Of a DNA stretch of 64,000 nucleotides, positions 52,463 to 64,000 are shown one piece after another. Position numbers and translations under genes: made by a program. Position 1 is the first letter of the stretch. Each line of letters starts with the position of its first letter. Under the pieces are notes generated by a model. The model ran no database searches and had not been told where the DNA came from. It saw nothing but the letters and a program-made list of their open reading frames with translations. This DNA is from Kondoa subrosea (Eukaryota): positions 2,510,678 through 2,574,677 of the forward strand of contig BCIN01000002.1 in the NCBI GenBank assembly GCA_039545335.1. The letters are read 5' to 3'.

Positions 52463-55444
52463 CTACAACTCTACATACTTCAATATCGCCTCTTCCAACG
52501 CATCCATCCGTATAGGCTTCGTTAGATACGATGTCATTCCATTCCTCATGCACTCATCCTCGACACCCTTTACCGCAGACGCTGTCAGAGCCAGAATGGG
52601 AATCCGGTGCAGATGAGGTTTGCTTGACGCTCTTAATCGCCTTGTGGCCTCAAATCCGTCCACCTGCAGCAGAATATCAGCCAAAAGTCCGATAAAATCG
52701 AAAGAGAGCGCACTACTGGCATTTGAAGATCGAAAAGACAAAGATCAAAGTGACTTTTCTCAGCTGCATCCACTGCTTGCGCTCCATCTGATACAGCAGT
52801 GGTCGCAGTGAACTATTGGAAATCAGCATGACAACGCCATAGAGATCGACCACGGACCTTAAGCTTCTGCAGCATCTTGAGAACAAGGTTGCGCAAAATA
52901 TCGTTGTCTGGAAGCATAATCAGCCAATCATCAGGAAAGGAGTCTGCGACTCACCCTCTGCCACTAGTATACGCAATGCACTGCGATCAACCTCAACACC
53001 ATTCCTATGAACATCTTGCATTTCCTGATCTAAATCTGGTAGCTTGCTGAAAGGTATACGAATATCAACGCGTGTTCCTTCTCCTACTTTCGACTTGAGA
53101 TCAATTTGTCCACGCATGAGAGAGGTAAGGCTTTGGACAAGAGTGAGACCAAGACCAGAGCCACCATACATCCTTGTTGTTGCTGAACTAGCTTGTCTGA
53201 AGGGCTCAAAGACTGTAGTCAAGGCTTCTGCCGGGATGCCACATCCCGTATCAGAAACAGCTGGAAATGTAGTCGGCTCATATTCCGATCACCTAAGGCA
53301 AAGATGGACTCACTAAAGCACACAAGCACTTCTTCAGTAGTCTCGCTCTCCTGAGTAGCAGAGAACTCTATTCTGCCGGTGGGACAGAATTTTATCGCAT
53401 TGTTCAGCAGATTACTGAGAATCTGGTTCAGGCGAAGCGTGTCTCCCAGCGTTTGGCCTTGATACGTTACTTCGTTGCTGATGATGATTGGCGTCTTTTT
53501 GCGCGTAAGATTCAACAAATTGATGTCGGATACGAATTTTGTAAGGTGAAAGGGATGCTCGTCCAGATCCAGTTTCCCTTCTTCGATGCGCCCCAGATCA
53601 AGAACCTTGCGCTAGCATTAGTTTCCATAGAAAGGCGATGCATTTCAGCAACTCACCTCTGAGATCAAAGCTAAAAGGTATTGTCCAGCTTTCAATGCAC
53701 TTTCAGCTAGTTCTGTTTGCTTTGAACCTAAGGTGGAATCTGAGAGCAACAAGTCGACCGCTGCCACGATAATGGAGACTGTCGCGAGAATTGAGAATGG
53801 TTAATATCAACGAGTTCTAGGTGCCTACTCGGAGTTCTGCAGGACTTCAATTAGCCTCGTAGCCAGAAAGAAGTGGATATCAAAGGAACTGACCTGATTT
53901 CGTGCGACATGTTGCTTATGAACACTATTGCAATTAGAGAGAATCGGTAAGTGGACAAGGGATTGCTAGTCAGAGGCTCTCGACGTACGTGTCTTCATCG
54001 AGTTAGCCTCTTTAGCTGCTGCCTGATCGAGTTGAGCCTTCTCAAGTGCATTTTGCGCAGCTAAGTTTTCGGTGACATCTTGAAGAACGATATTCGCGCT
54101 GATGAGGTCTTTGCTTTCGCCCTCGGCAAATTGAAGGTGCATCTGATGCGAATGTCAGGAATGTTTCATCTGAACCGATAATTCTGCTTACCCGATATCG
54201 AAATTGCGAAAAAGCTCCGCGGATTTTGCCTGGCGACTGCTGAAATTTCATGAAATTACGATACCATAAGATGATAGCGGACACCTACTGGATCGTGCTT
54301 CTGTGCGAGTAAAAGATCCAGATCTTCCGCCATGTTCGACTGTGGCCAAACATCGGACAATAGCTTGCCCAATGTGCCTTCTCGAGACACATCAGCAGTA
54401 TATGCCGACCCTTCAAAGAAAGTGATTCGACGGTCCACTGGATCAACAGCTATCAGAAGAACGTGAGCCTCATCAAGAAGGTCGTGCATGCGATTCTTCC
54501 TCTCGTGAACTTCGTTTTTGGCAGCGACCAGGTCTTCGATGTCCTTGATATATCCTGAGTATAAAGTTTAACGATGTTCGCGCTTGGACGTACAGTTATA
54601 CTGCAGACCCAGGTCCCAAGATCATCAGACGATGTTTTCACCAAAGTCCCTTGAGCCGTGTTCCAGCGCCAAACACCGTCAGCTATATCGCGGATTGAGT
54701 ATATAAAAGCAAGACACAACTCTGCACGAACCTCTTTTGATTCGATATTGTATGTTTAGAGGAGAACCTGTAGACATTGCAAGTTGATAGCCAGCGACTG
54801 CTGTCGCCAAATCTTCGGCTAATTCCACTATAAGACAAGTTCCTCATCTATACTCTATCAATCTCACGATGGAATATCTCGAACCAAGCGGTCATATCAT
54901 AAGCTTGATGTTCTTGTAAACCCGTATACTCAAAAAACTTTGCATTGATAAAGCTGAGTTCGCCCAAATGGGAAGATGTAAAGATGCAATGCGGTATTCG
55001 ATCGACTATCACGCGCAGAGCTTCCGGCGATGGATTTCGAGCAGCTTCAAGCTTGACGAGAATATCATTTAGCGAATTGATTTTCGGAGCATCAGGGTTC
55101 GTTGTTTCAGACTGCGTCGAGGTTGGGCCTGAAGGATATATGGGAGAAACTAGTGTGATAGAGTATTGAAGAGGTTCAGATGAGTTCTTGCGAATTATAG
55201 CCTCCCAGCTCAATTCTGTTGCTCGACATTGCAGCTCATCTATTCTGCCAATCGTAGCCCACTCTTGCAGAGTCCGGCTTTGCAGGTCGAACACCTCTTC
55301 TGGCCTTGCACCACATTGCAACTGGTAGAATTCGCACCGACATGCTGTCGATGCTTCATTGTTGAACGCTACCAAATGATCGGACTCGAAGACAAAGAAA
55401 GGGAAAGGAACAAGTTCGACAGAGACTGCCGGTCCATTCAACAT
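52463..55444 (-). CDS. Hybrid sensor histidine kinase (PAS-HisKA-HATPase-REC)
   Basis: PAS (FINAKFFEYTG), SNMSHEIR, RLNQILSNLLNNAIKF, SDTGCGI, YGGSGLGL; REC with LFDLQMPV|VDGFEA, IPILALTA and YLTKP. Confidence 0.92.
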
Positions 55445-55747
55445 ACTCCAGCTTCTGTTGAGGCCTAGTCAAACCAATTCTCTTTCCAATGTTGGCTTGA
55501 ACAGATCCCTTCTAAGAGTAGTACTCCAAACTTGACTCGCTCCAGTCTTGCGGCACCACGACAAGCCAGCGACGATTAAGTAGGGTATAGGTTCAACGCG
55601 AGAACAGGTATACAGAAAGACGGCTGTCAGGAACCAAGACAGAATTCGCGAATTCTAATACGCGAATCTTGTTCGGGGTCGGGCGCATTGCGAGACACAA
55701 CTCTATATCTCCAATCCCCCCATCTCAACTGATGCTATGCGTATTGC

Positions 55748-56894
55748 CTAATCCGAATTCATGTCCATTTCCTCAGCTAGCTCTTTCGCTATCTGTGCCT
55801 GATCTATATGCCCACGGACCAAGTTTGCATTTGCCTGTAGTTCAGATCTACCTTCTGCTTCTCCTGCGTGCTTCACTGGTAAAGGAACGAATACTGGCTT
55901 CTCGAAAGCATTAAGCATTCGCCAAGGCGGTAAGCTTCTGCTCTGCTTTTGCTGACGTGATCTTCGGTCAACAGGTGTTGCAGGTCTGGTAGCAGGCCGG
56001 CTAGAAACCTCTTCTTGGCCGTCAATTGGCGGTAGTTGTAAAGGCCAACAGCAAGGCAGAGAATTGGAGTCGAAGTAACTTGTCTTGTAGTAAACGTATC
56101 GCACCCAAACCGTTTCTGGCTTGCTACTGGTTGGTGGAGGCAGAGGAACTTCAGGCGCTTCTCCAAATGGTACGGGTGCAGCATTGTCTTCGCCTGAGAT
56201 GAGAAGTAGAGAAGTTGCGTTCCAAGCCTCATGATCATCGCCTTTTATCCGTCTACGCATCCTCTCTTGAGGTGTTGGATCTCCTTGTCTGAGGTAATAC
56301 CCAGGAGGGTAGCCGAATGTGAGCATTTCCTGTGCGATAATTAGCTGAAAGATGGAATAATTTCCTTGCAAGACATACCTTGAGCCATGGAAAATCTGTA
56401 GACTCGCTACCATATCCAATTGCATCTCTCAAATTCAAAGAAACCTTGCCAGGTTCGAAGCGATTGACGAAATCTAAAAGCCGTTCTTCCGCTGCTTCTG
56501 CCTCGTGCAGTCTGACAGGAGGACCATTATTTCGCCTTGAAGAAGAAGAACTTCCTTCTGCCTTGGAAGCTTGAAAGACCAGTCGAGCCGCATTGATAGC
56601 TGTGCGATTCCTTGGTTCGGGACAGGACGACAGCTGATGATTTGCAGAACCACAATTCCAACATGTCCGTTGAGGAGGCGCTGCTCTTTCCTTCTCTTCT
56701 TCTTCTGCAGCGAGAGCTGATAGACCAATAACTGAGTCTACACTCAATTCATAGTCCGGTGTTTCGTCGACAAAGCGTTGCTTATAAACCGGTTCCAGAT
56801 CGACAAAAAAGGTATCTGTCTCGAGGAATCAGATCTTTGGCCTTGAGACACAGCGATCCTACACACCTGACAGGTCTACGCTCGTTTCTGCCAT
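55748..56894 (-). CDS. ZCCHC8-like zinc-knuckle/PSP-domain protein
   Basis: CWNCGSANHQLSSC, FEPGKVSLNLRDAIG, PWLK|EMLTFGYPPGY. The start is inferred via an intron at 56816-56866. Confidence 0.72.
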
Positions 56895-57181
56895 GTCTCG
56901 ATGAAGTGATTGAGTTTGTCCTGATCTATCCGATGCTTCATCGTGAATCCCTCTGCGACCAGTACTGGTATGTCGTATTGGTAAAGACGCTTCCAGTGTG
57001 GCTTGTCCCGAATATCAATGTATTCGACCTCAAAATCGTCCCTTGTCTCTTGCAGCTCTTCTAACACTTCTTTCGCTTCCTCGCACAGACTACACTCCTT
57101 CCCTCCAGTATATAGCTTGAATATTGGCCTGCTCAAGGCTAATCGGATCGTCGATGTCACAAAGTATCGCTGCACGAGCAT
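56876..57181 (-). CDS. Glutaredoxin-like protein (DUF836 type)
   Basis: LYTGGKECSLCEEAKEVL, YQYDIPVL, MKHRID; the N-terminus resembles a mitochondrial presequence. Confidence 0.85.
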   Translation of the reverse strand: MLVQRYFVTSTIRLALSRPIFKLYTGGKECSLCEEAKEVLEELQETRDDFEVEYIDIRDKPHWKRLYQYDIPVLVAEGFTMKHRIDQDKLNHFIETWQKRA

Positions 57182-57566
57182 AACAATGCGTTTTGATTGA
57201 ATCCTGAAGACTCTTACAAATGGCCACTATCCTTACGGCTCTCGTGCTCGAGTGTTTCGTATCTACGATCTAGGATCAGATCCCGTTCACGTTGTGCTTG
57301 CATGGTTTGCTCTGTCGGTATCAGGCACTTTTCTCGTTCAAGGCTCCCATTTATTATATAAAATTTGGCTTGAGGCTGTGCCTATATATCTTGTTCCTAA
57401 TGCGCGTCGCACCGGCTTCTTGCCTTAGATTGGGCAAAATTCTATGCCTGACGGGTGGACTAGGTGTCATAACAAGCTAGTGCATCGAGCGCGCTTCTTT
57501 CTCTTCTTCTTCTTCTATACCATCTTCTCTGCATACTTTGTCATCTGAGAATCGAGATAAATTGCC

Positions 57567-59025
57567 ATGTATATTCCTATCATCAGCAACTTGACCAAAC
57601 GCAAAGGTAAGCCAACATCTCCTGCCTTAGATAGACTGACTTATCTCTATCATTAGGAGGAGGAGGAGGAGGAGGTGGTGGTGGTGGTGGTGGTGGTCAT
57701 GCATCTTCTGGAGGCGGTCATGCATCTTCGGGAGGTAGATCATCTTCGTCAGGTAAAATATATAGTCACATTCCTCTCAAATCTTGGCTGAAGCATTATA
57801 AATACAGGCAATACCCGCAGTGGATCTAGTACCAGCGGGAAAGCAGCTGAAGTGGGTCAACCAAACTCTCGCAATGCTCCACCGGCTTGTTAGTTTTCCT
57901 CCCATGCGTTCAGAAAGCTTTGGCTGATCTCTTATATTTTAGATTCACCTGGTCATGCTCCTCCTGCCTACTCAGTTGGAGGAGGCAGTCAAGTTCGGGG
58001 CGTGATAGGCGAGTCTTGTTATGCGAAGCGCACCATTTCATGCTGAAATGACATGAACTCGGTTCAACGGGAGGAGGAAGGCCATACACTGTTGGAAAAG
58101 GTAGTCCATTTGCTGGTAGTCAAGCTGGTGGAGGTACGCGATCAGGAGTTTACTCGTAGGTCTCGCTGTCATCAGACTGCATTGTGCCTCGCTCAACTAG
58201 TCAAACAGAGGTGCAGCTTTTGGCGGCGCAGCTGGTTTGGCTGGTGGCTATGCTCTTGGTCATACAAGCTTCCCCTACTTGTATTGGCCTTTGGCATTTT
58301 CCGGTCCATACTCGAAGTGAGTGATTTCATTGAATGGGAGGAGGCTGCATCGCTGATACATGATTAGCTATCATGGCTCTGCAATCTATGGCACTCCAAC
58401 AAACGACTCAAGGCCAGGCGGTGAATTGATTTCATACACGCTGTTGCCTACTTGGGCAAGCTCTACAACACGAATTCAACTGGCCCGACCAACAACACAT
58501 TCTATTTGTATGGCGACTCTTCCTCAGTCGCGGATCTTATTCCAGTCTTGGTCGCAAACTGCAATGTCGCGAATACATATGGTGCTAATATTACTGCTTA
58601 ACCTATTAGTGAGTGATAAGTTTTGCCTGATGTATGCACTCGAGCTAAATTTCAATCAGACTCTGTTCAGTACTACCGTGGCTCTACCTTCGCTCTTATG
58701 CTCGATCAGTACAACAATACTCTTCCAGATATTCAGGTTGATACTTCCAACACAACTTCTCTACCTGTAAGCCTTCTTGCCAGGGTATTTGACGGAGCTG
58801 AGCTAGACTTCATACCAGGCCGATGTGATTGCAGCCATGAATGCTCAACCTGCTCCACTTCCATCTGGCGTCAATATGACTTACCTCAGCTGCCTCAACA
58901 CTACTATCGGCAGCAATGTGGGTCTGTTGGATTCAGACTATGCTCAATCCGGTGGCCTATCAAACTCTCCACGTCATGTTGGTGCAAGCCTGGCTTTGTT
59001 AGCGGTGATTATGGCTTTGGTGTAG
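57567..59025 (+). CDS. Gly-rich hypothetical surface/membrane protein (basidiomycete-type)
   Basis: Poly-Gly, FAGSQAGGGTR, FPYLYWP, NDSRPGG, QYYRGSTFALMLDQYNNT and a hydrophobic C-terminus. Confidence 0.65.
57656..57697 (+). repeat. (GGA)n(GGT)n coding microsatellite
   Basis: Read directly; encodes poly-Gly. Confidence 0.9.
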
Positions 59026-59353
59026 AATCAATCTGTAATCTAATACACTTGCGTATAAAGTGATTTATGCATACTGCGTCTGTTATATATCACGTAATCA
59101 TTCGGATCGACCAGTTACCAGACATCTCCTAGCCTTAGCATTGGCCAAATTCTCATTCGCTGTTCCTTTCTAAACATCGATACCTTCTTATAGAAACTCT
59201 GCTAGTGCTGTCTTCATACAAGCTCTGTGTTTTGAAGAACATATAAGGCATTTGACTGTCCATCTCTCTGATCAGCTTCCGACATCTGCTTCGGTGAAGC
59301 AATTTTGAAGTTTCGCTTAGGATTGCAGAGAGTCCAAGTCAAAGGCTACTGTC

Positions 59354-61002
59354 ATGTCGGAGGAGAGTAAGATCGATGCTGTGCAATTACAAGCAGCGAA
59401 GGCAGCTCAAGAGGGCATAGGCCCAGGGAGTGATGTGCATAATGAAGAGCCGTTATCAAGCACAAGCAATACAGCCATCGTCTCCTCATTAGAAAACTCT
59501 GTTACTCCATCAGATTTACCGTCTACAGAAACACAGCACATTCACGAGAGTTGCGCACGCTGCGAAACGGATCCAGCTCAAATAGCACGCAGAATTGCTC
59601 ATGGCGCAGCGATGATACAGTGGCTTGCTCGTATCTATGTGTATATCCCCTGTCTGATGACTGAACAGTAACATGTTACGCACAAACGATCATATATCGC
59701 TAAATACCTACTTCAATGGCTTCTGTCTCAAGTCAGTTGTGGGTTCTTGCATGATCATCGCCTGTGCTAATGATCTTATAGACACGGCGATGGCGTTAAT
59801 GTCATGATAGCTCAACAAAGTATGATCAGTGCTTCAACTATCTACCTTGTGTCAGCTACTTAACGGGATCTGCAGGTCGCATATGTTTAGCAAGATCACC
59901 TCTCATGATTGCGACTAGCTTTTTGAGTCTCAGTGACATCCAGGACCCGGCTATCGAGAAGACTCAAAATGTAAAAGTTATGGAAACGAATGCAGAGGAC
60001 CGGTTCAGCTTATTCAGATCTGCGACAACACTTTCAACCCTCCTGGCCATGAGTGGAAGTAAGTTTTCTTACATGATGTAAACCTAAGCAGACGTATTCA
60101 TTGCTACCTCAAAGTTATTCGACACCTTCCTGATCACCTTGCTCTACTCTACTTCCGCGCTGTACTTCGACTTAGCATCATACAATTTACTTTGTTGGCA
60201 GGTTGTATCCCTTCCGACGTTGAGAGGGTGTTCCGTGACGGAAATCTCACGCAAACAGCTGCGCTTTTGGTGAGTCGATATCCTCCAGTCGCAAGCGCAG
60301 ATAAGCTTGATAAATCTGCAGATCGAATTTATACGGCTGCATCCATCTATGTGTAACGTCCTTGGGCGGCAAATGATAAGAAGAGAACATTATGGGTATC
60401 AACGTTCGCGAAGAGAGATGCTGTCCAGATTGCCTAGGGAAAACAAACACTATCTATCATCTCGACATGGAATCTGCACTTGAGTCAGTGGATCGAGGTC
60501 TAGGCAAGACCGCATTGAGGAACGAGCTGTCTCGCAAGGGATCGATTGGAGATCTCCGACTTTTGCATACCACCTTCCAAGCCTACTTTAGTCCTACTAC
60601 ATCCTTCGCGCGAATAGATCAGCAAGATCCTACAGTACCTTTGCGTCGAATAGAGAAGATGGTCTCGACAGAATATTCTGCTTGTATGACTTGCGGGAAA
60701 AGAACCTTCGGGCAAGAAGAAACAAAGAGAATCATGAGATTATGTGCGGACTGCGGTGTGAGTTCGTAGTGAGGAAGCCCCGGATTTTCGCTCATATGGT
60801 TTCACAGCTCGCTACTCACTGCAGCAGTCAGTGTCAAATCGTCGATTGGGAAAATGGCCGTGAGCGTCGAGACTTACGCAGACTCTCTGGCATTTCAGCT
60901 GAGTCACATGACAGACAAAACATCCTGTTCCAGAATGACAAGCCGGAAGAAAGGTCTGCGAGATTTCTCAGGAGAGCTGGCTTTGCCGGAAGCACCAGAT
61001 AG
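59354..61002 (+). CDS. MYND-type zinc-finger-like protein (model uncertain)
   Basis: CMTCGK...LCADC|..THCSSQCQIVDW near the C-terminus; the final His/Cys ligands are not evident. Confidence 0.5.
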
Positions 61003-61317
61003 CAAGAGATTGTGTGATTGATCGATACATAAAGCAGGTAAGCTTGTACTTGACTTTCGCCTTTCTTGATGATGAAAGTCGATGAGACAGCGTCAGGACG
61101 GAAAAGTAATTCAACAAGAAACAGCAGCATAGAAGCGATCGAAGTTCATCGGAGAGGAATGCTTGTGCAATTCGTCACATAGACACGATTACTCGAGTTC
61201 TGTGGAGATCTTGAATCTTGGAAAAGAAAGAGCAGAGCTTATGGATATAGGCGTCAGAAACAAGATTCACAGTTATATAGGGTATAAAGTGTCCAAGCAG
61301 AAGATTGAATATACATA

Positions 61318-62254
61318 TTACTGCTCTTGTACATACCTGACGCGAGTCGTCAGCTTCAGCACAAGACCATTAAGGTTGCTGAACTTACGTGCTTGGAAAG
61401 ATACCTTCTTTCCCTTGTAAACGACCTTTCCACCAATCCTCGCTGATCTTCTCTAGCAATTCTATCTGAGCTCCTTCAGCAAAAGGCAAATCCGCAGGGT
61501 CCTGCATTATCTTGTCAATACAAGCAAAGCGAACAAGAGAAAGAGACACTAACATCCGATTCATAATCATACAAAGCTACTACCATTTGTACATTGGCTG
61601 AAGCGGACGAAGGAGCAGGTGGAGGTGGACCTCTTGTCCTACTTGGAGGAGGTGGTAAAGGTGTTGAGGAAGAACTCAAGGAATTGTTCACGTAAGTTGG
61701 GAATTTGGCATTCCTTTCCGCTTCTTTTGCTTGAGCTTGTTGCTGTTCATCAAAATCGATGAGCACAATGAAAATAACAGTAAAGTGATGGCAGCGTACT
61801 TGTGATTCTGGAACATAGGAAGGCATCATTGATTTGAAAGCAGCAGCTTTGGAAGAAGTAGCTAATCCGCCTATGGATTTATTGGAAGATAGACCCGATA
61901 CAGCGAATTTAGAAGGTTTGGGTGCTGCAGGAGGAGGTACAGAAGAAGAGGAGGAAGAAGCAGGACCCGCACCAGGAGCAGGTGGATTAGGTGCAGACAA
62001 TCGAGAGAAAGCGGATTGGACAATCGGCGGTGCGTTGGCCCGAGCCAGAATGGATGAAGTCATCTTTGGATTTGCGAAAGCTGCATTGGAGACTTGTTGA
62101 GCTGTGATGCCTTGCGAAAGGAGATTGGGTCGTGAAGCGAAGTACTGCGAATCAAGTTAGACAGACAGAATTGGGTTGACTGACGGCGCACTTCGTCTAG
62201 CAGTGCAAAGAATGCATCCTTCTCGCGTTGATCCAATCCTACAAAGACGGACAT
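61318..62254 (-). CDS. Pro-rich protein with C-terminal SH3 domain
   Basis: VVALYDYES|DPADLPF..WWKGRLQGKEGIFPST|YVQEQ*. Confidence 0.85.
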
Positions 62255-62541
62255 GGTCTTGCGCTTGTGTGCGAGGTGCTGCGGATGCTTGGAGTAAAGA
62301 TTCCAGCAAAGGTGTCAAATGCCTTGAAATGAATCTTCTGAGTGAGTCTCTGGTTGAGATTCAAGGTTATGGTACCAGATCAGCTGGCTATGGCAGTCTT
62401 CGTAGTCTAGCTTCAAGCTAGCTTGGTTGACACTTGAACAAGAAAATTCATGCACTTTTGTCTTGTAAGAGCCAACTTGCAACACACGCAGAGGACGTAT
62501 ACCCCTTTGAGACGGCCCAGATACACCTTGCTCTGCCCAAT

Positions 62542-64000
62542 ATGGCTACAACAACGCCAAAGTATGATCTGACTGAAAAGCTGCTGCCAAACCTGGACAG
62601 ACATCTGGCTTTGCCTTTGATTGATCACTTGGACGACCGACAAGCTTACCCTCACAATGAATTACTGCAAGCCAAGCTGGAGCTTCTGCAATCTACAAAT
62701 ATGGTCAACTACATTGCTACTGTAGACAAAGAATTGCATGCGCCAGATGGAAATCCAGAGACTCAAGCAGGTCCGTCGTGAGATGCGGGCTAGCAGTAGT
62801 ACTCTGCTTACTTTGTTCTCCGAGGACAGACTGCAAAAAGCGCGAATCAACTATTCTCTCAACTTTAGAAGATCTGGAATCAAAAGCAAAGACTGTCATG
62901 GACATTATCACAAACCCTCAAGTCTTTCAAGCACTTAAGCAGGATAAGCAGCAGAACTTGGAATTCCTCAAAAGTCAGCATGGAGTGCGTTGACAAAGCA
63001 CGAGGATCAGCATGCATGCTGATACTTCGTTCTTTTCTTGCACAGCTCCCTATTCAGGACATCGACAGTCTCTACAAACTTGGTCGCTATCAGTACACTG
63101 TTGGCCAGTATCCAGCAGCTTCAGATTACCTCTACCATTTCCGTGTCTTGACGGTCGACCCAGATCTGGAATCTTCAGCCATGTGGGGAAAACTAGTTTC
63201 TGATACACTTGAAGGATCTTGGGATGCTGCTCTATCTGAGTTGGATCTGATACGCAAAAACATCGACACTCTTTACCCTGTTACACCTACTTCCTCGCAT
63301 TCCAATTCACCAGCTGTAGGATTACAACAACGGACTTGGTTCTTACATTGGTCTCTCTTTGTTTACTTCAATCATGAACAAGGAAGGGAGAAATTAGTAG
63401 AAGCATGGATGAGTCAAACTTCTTTACCTGCAACTCAAGGTCGAGATGGTCGAGATCAATCAAACTACTTAACTTCTTTCTTGCCAGCTCTTCAAGCTAA
63501 TGCTCCATGGTTACTTCGATACCTAATCGCAGCAGTCATTCTTTCCCGATCAGCAGCATTCAAAGGAAACGCCTATCTTGGGTCATTAGCTAGAATAAGT
63601 ACAAGAGAACAAATGGGTACAGCAATCCTTTTGACTATCAAACAAGAACCAAGTATAGCTAAATCAGATCCTTTGGTTGGGTTTGTGAAAGCTTTGTTTG
63701 TGGATTTGGATTTCCCTGCTGCGAGTGAATATTTGCAAGAGAGTAGAAAATTGGTTCAAGAGGATTTCTTCCTTAATCAGTTCGAAAACGAATGGATGGA
63801 AAGAGCTAGATGGGCTTACAGCGAAGCTTACTGTCGGGTGCATCATCAAATTGATATTATGTAAGTGCAACTCAACACACATGGTCGAGCAGCAGAGCTG
63901 ACGGTCAAATACAGGTCATTGAGTCAACAGCTCGGATTGTCACCTGATGAAGGAGAGAAGTGGATCGTCAACCTGATTAGGGATGCAAGATTAGATGCAA
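62542..64000 (+). CDS. EIF3E: eIF3 subunit E (Int6), runs off the window
   Basis: [76 protein letters not shown]. Confidence 0.95.

Overview
Compact, intron-rich fungal nuclear DNA. Short (~50 nt) GT-AG introns, micro-exons and the gene content point to a basidiomycete; that assignment is inference. About 30 protein genes are recognisable, including Mei2-like RRM, Pol mu-like PolX, SRP72, MED4, RPL2, CTR9, USO1, RhoGAP, GH5, a CDF transporter, UPRT, EFG1, rhomboid, SPOUT1, MRPS16, ferrochelatase, a hybrid histidine kinase, ZCCHC8-like, glutaredoxin-like, an SH3 protein and eIF3e. The standout is at the left edge: the 3' half of a spliced Fanzor1 gene (eukaryotic TnpB-type RNA-guided nuclease) with intact RuvC-II Glu, RuvC-III Asp and zinc ribbon. 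It is followed by a hairpin-rich non-coding tract where an omegaRNA is expected. Other oddities are a same-strand CDS overlap (glutaredoxin/ZCCHC8-like), a truncated CTR9-USO1 duplicate with mostly synonymous divergence and a palindromic insertion, a half DPH5 gene, a broken Ubc9-like gene, decaying F-box/LRR paralogues and a GC-AG intron. All exon models were spliced by eye and no searches were run.
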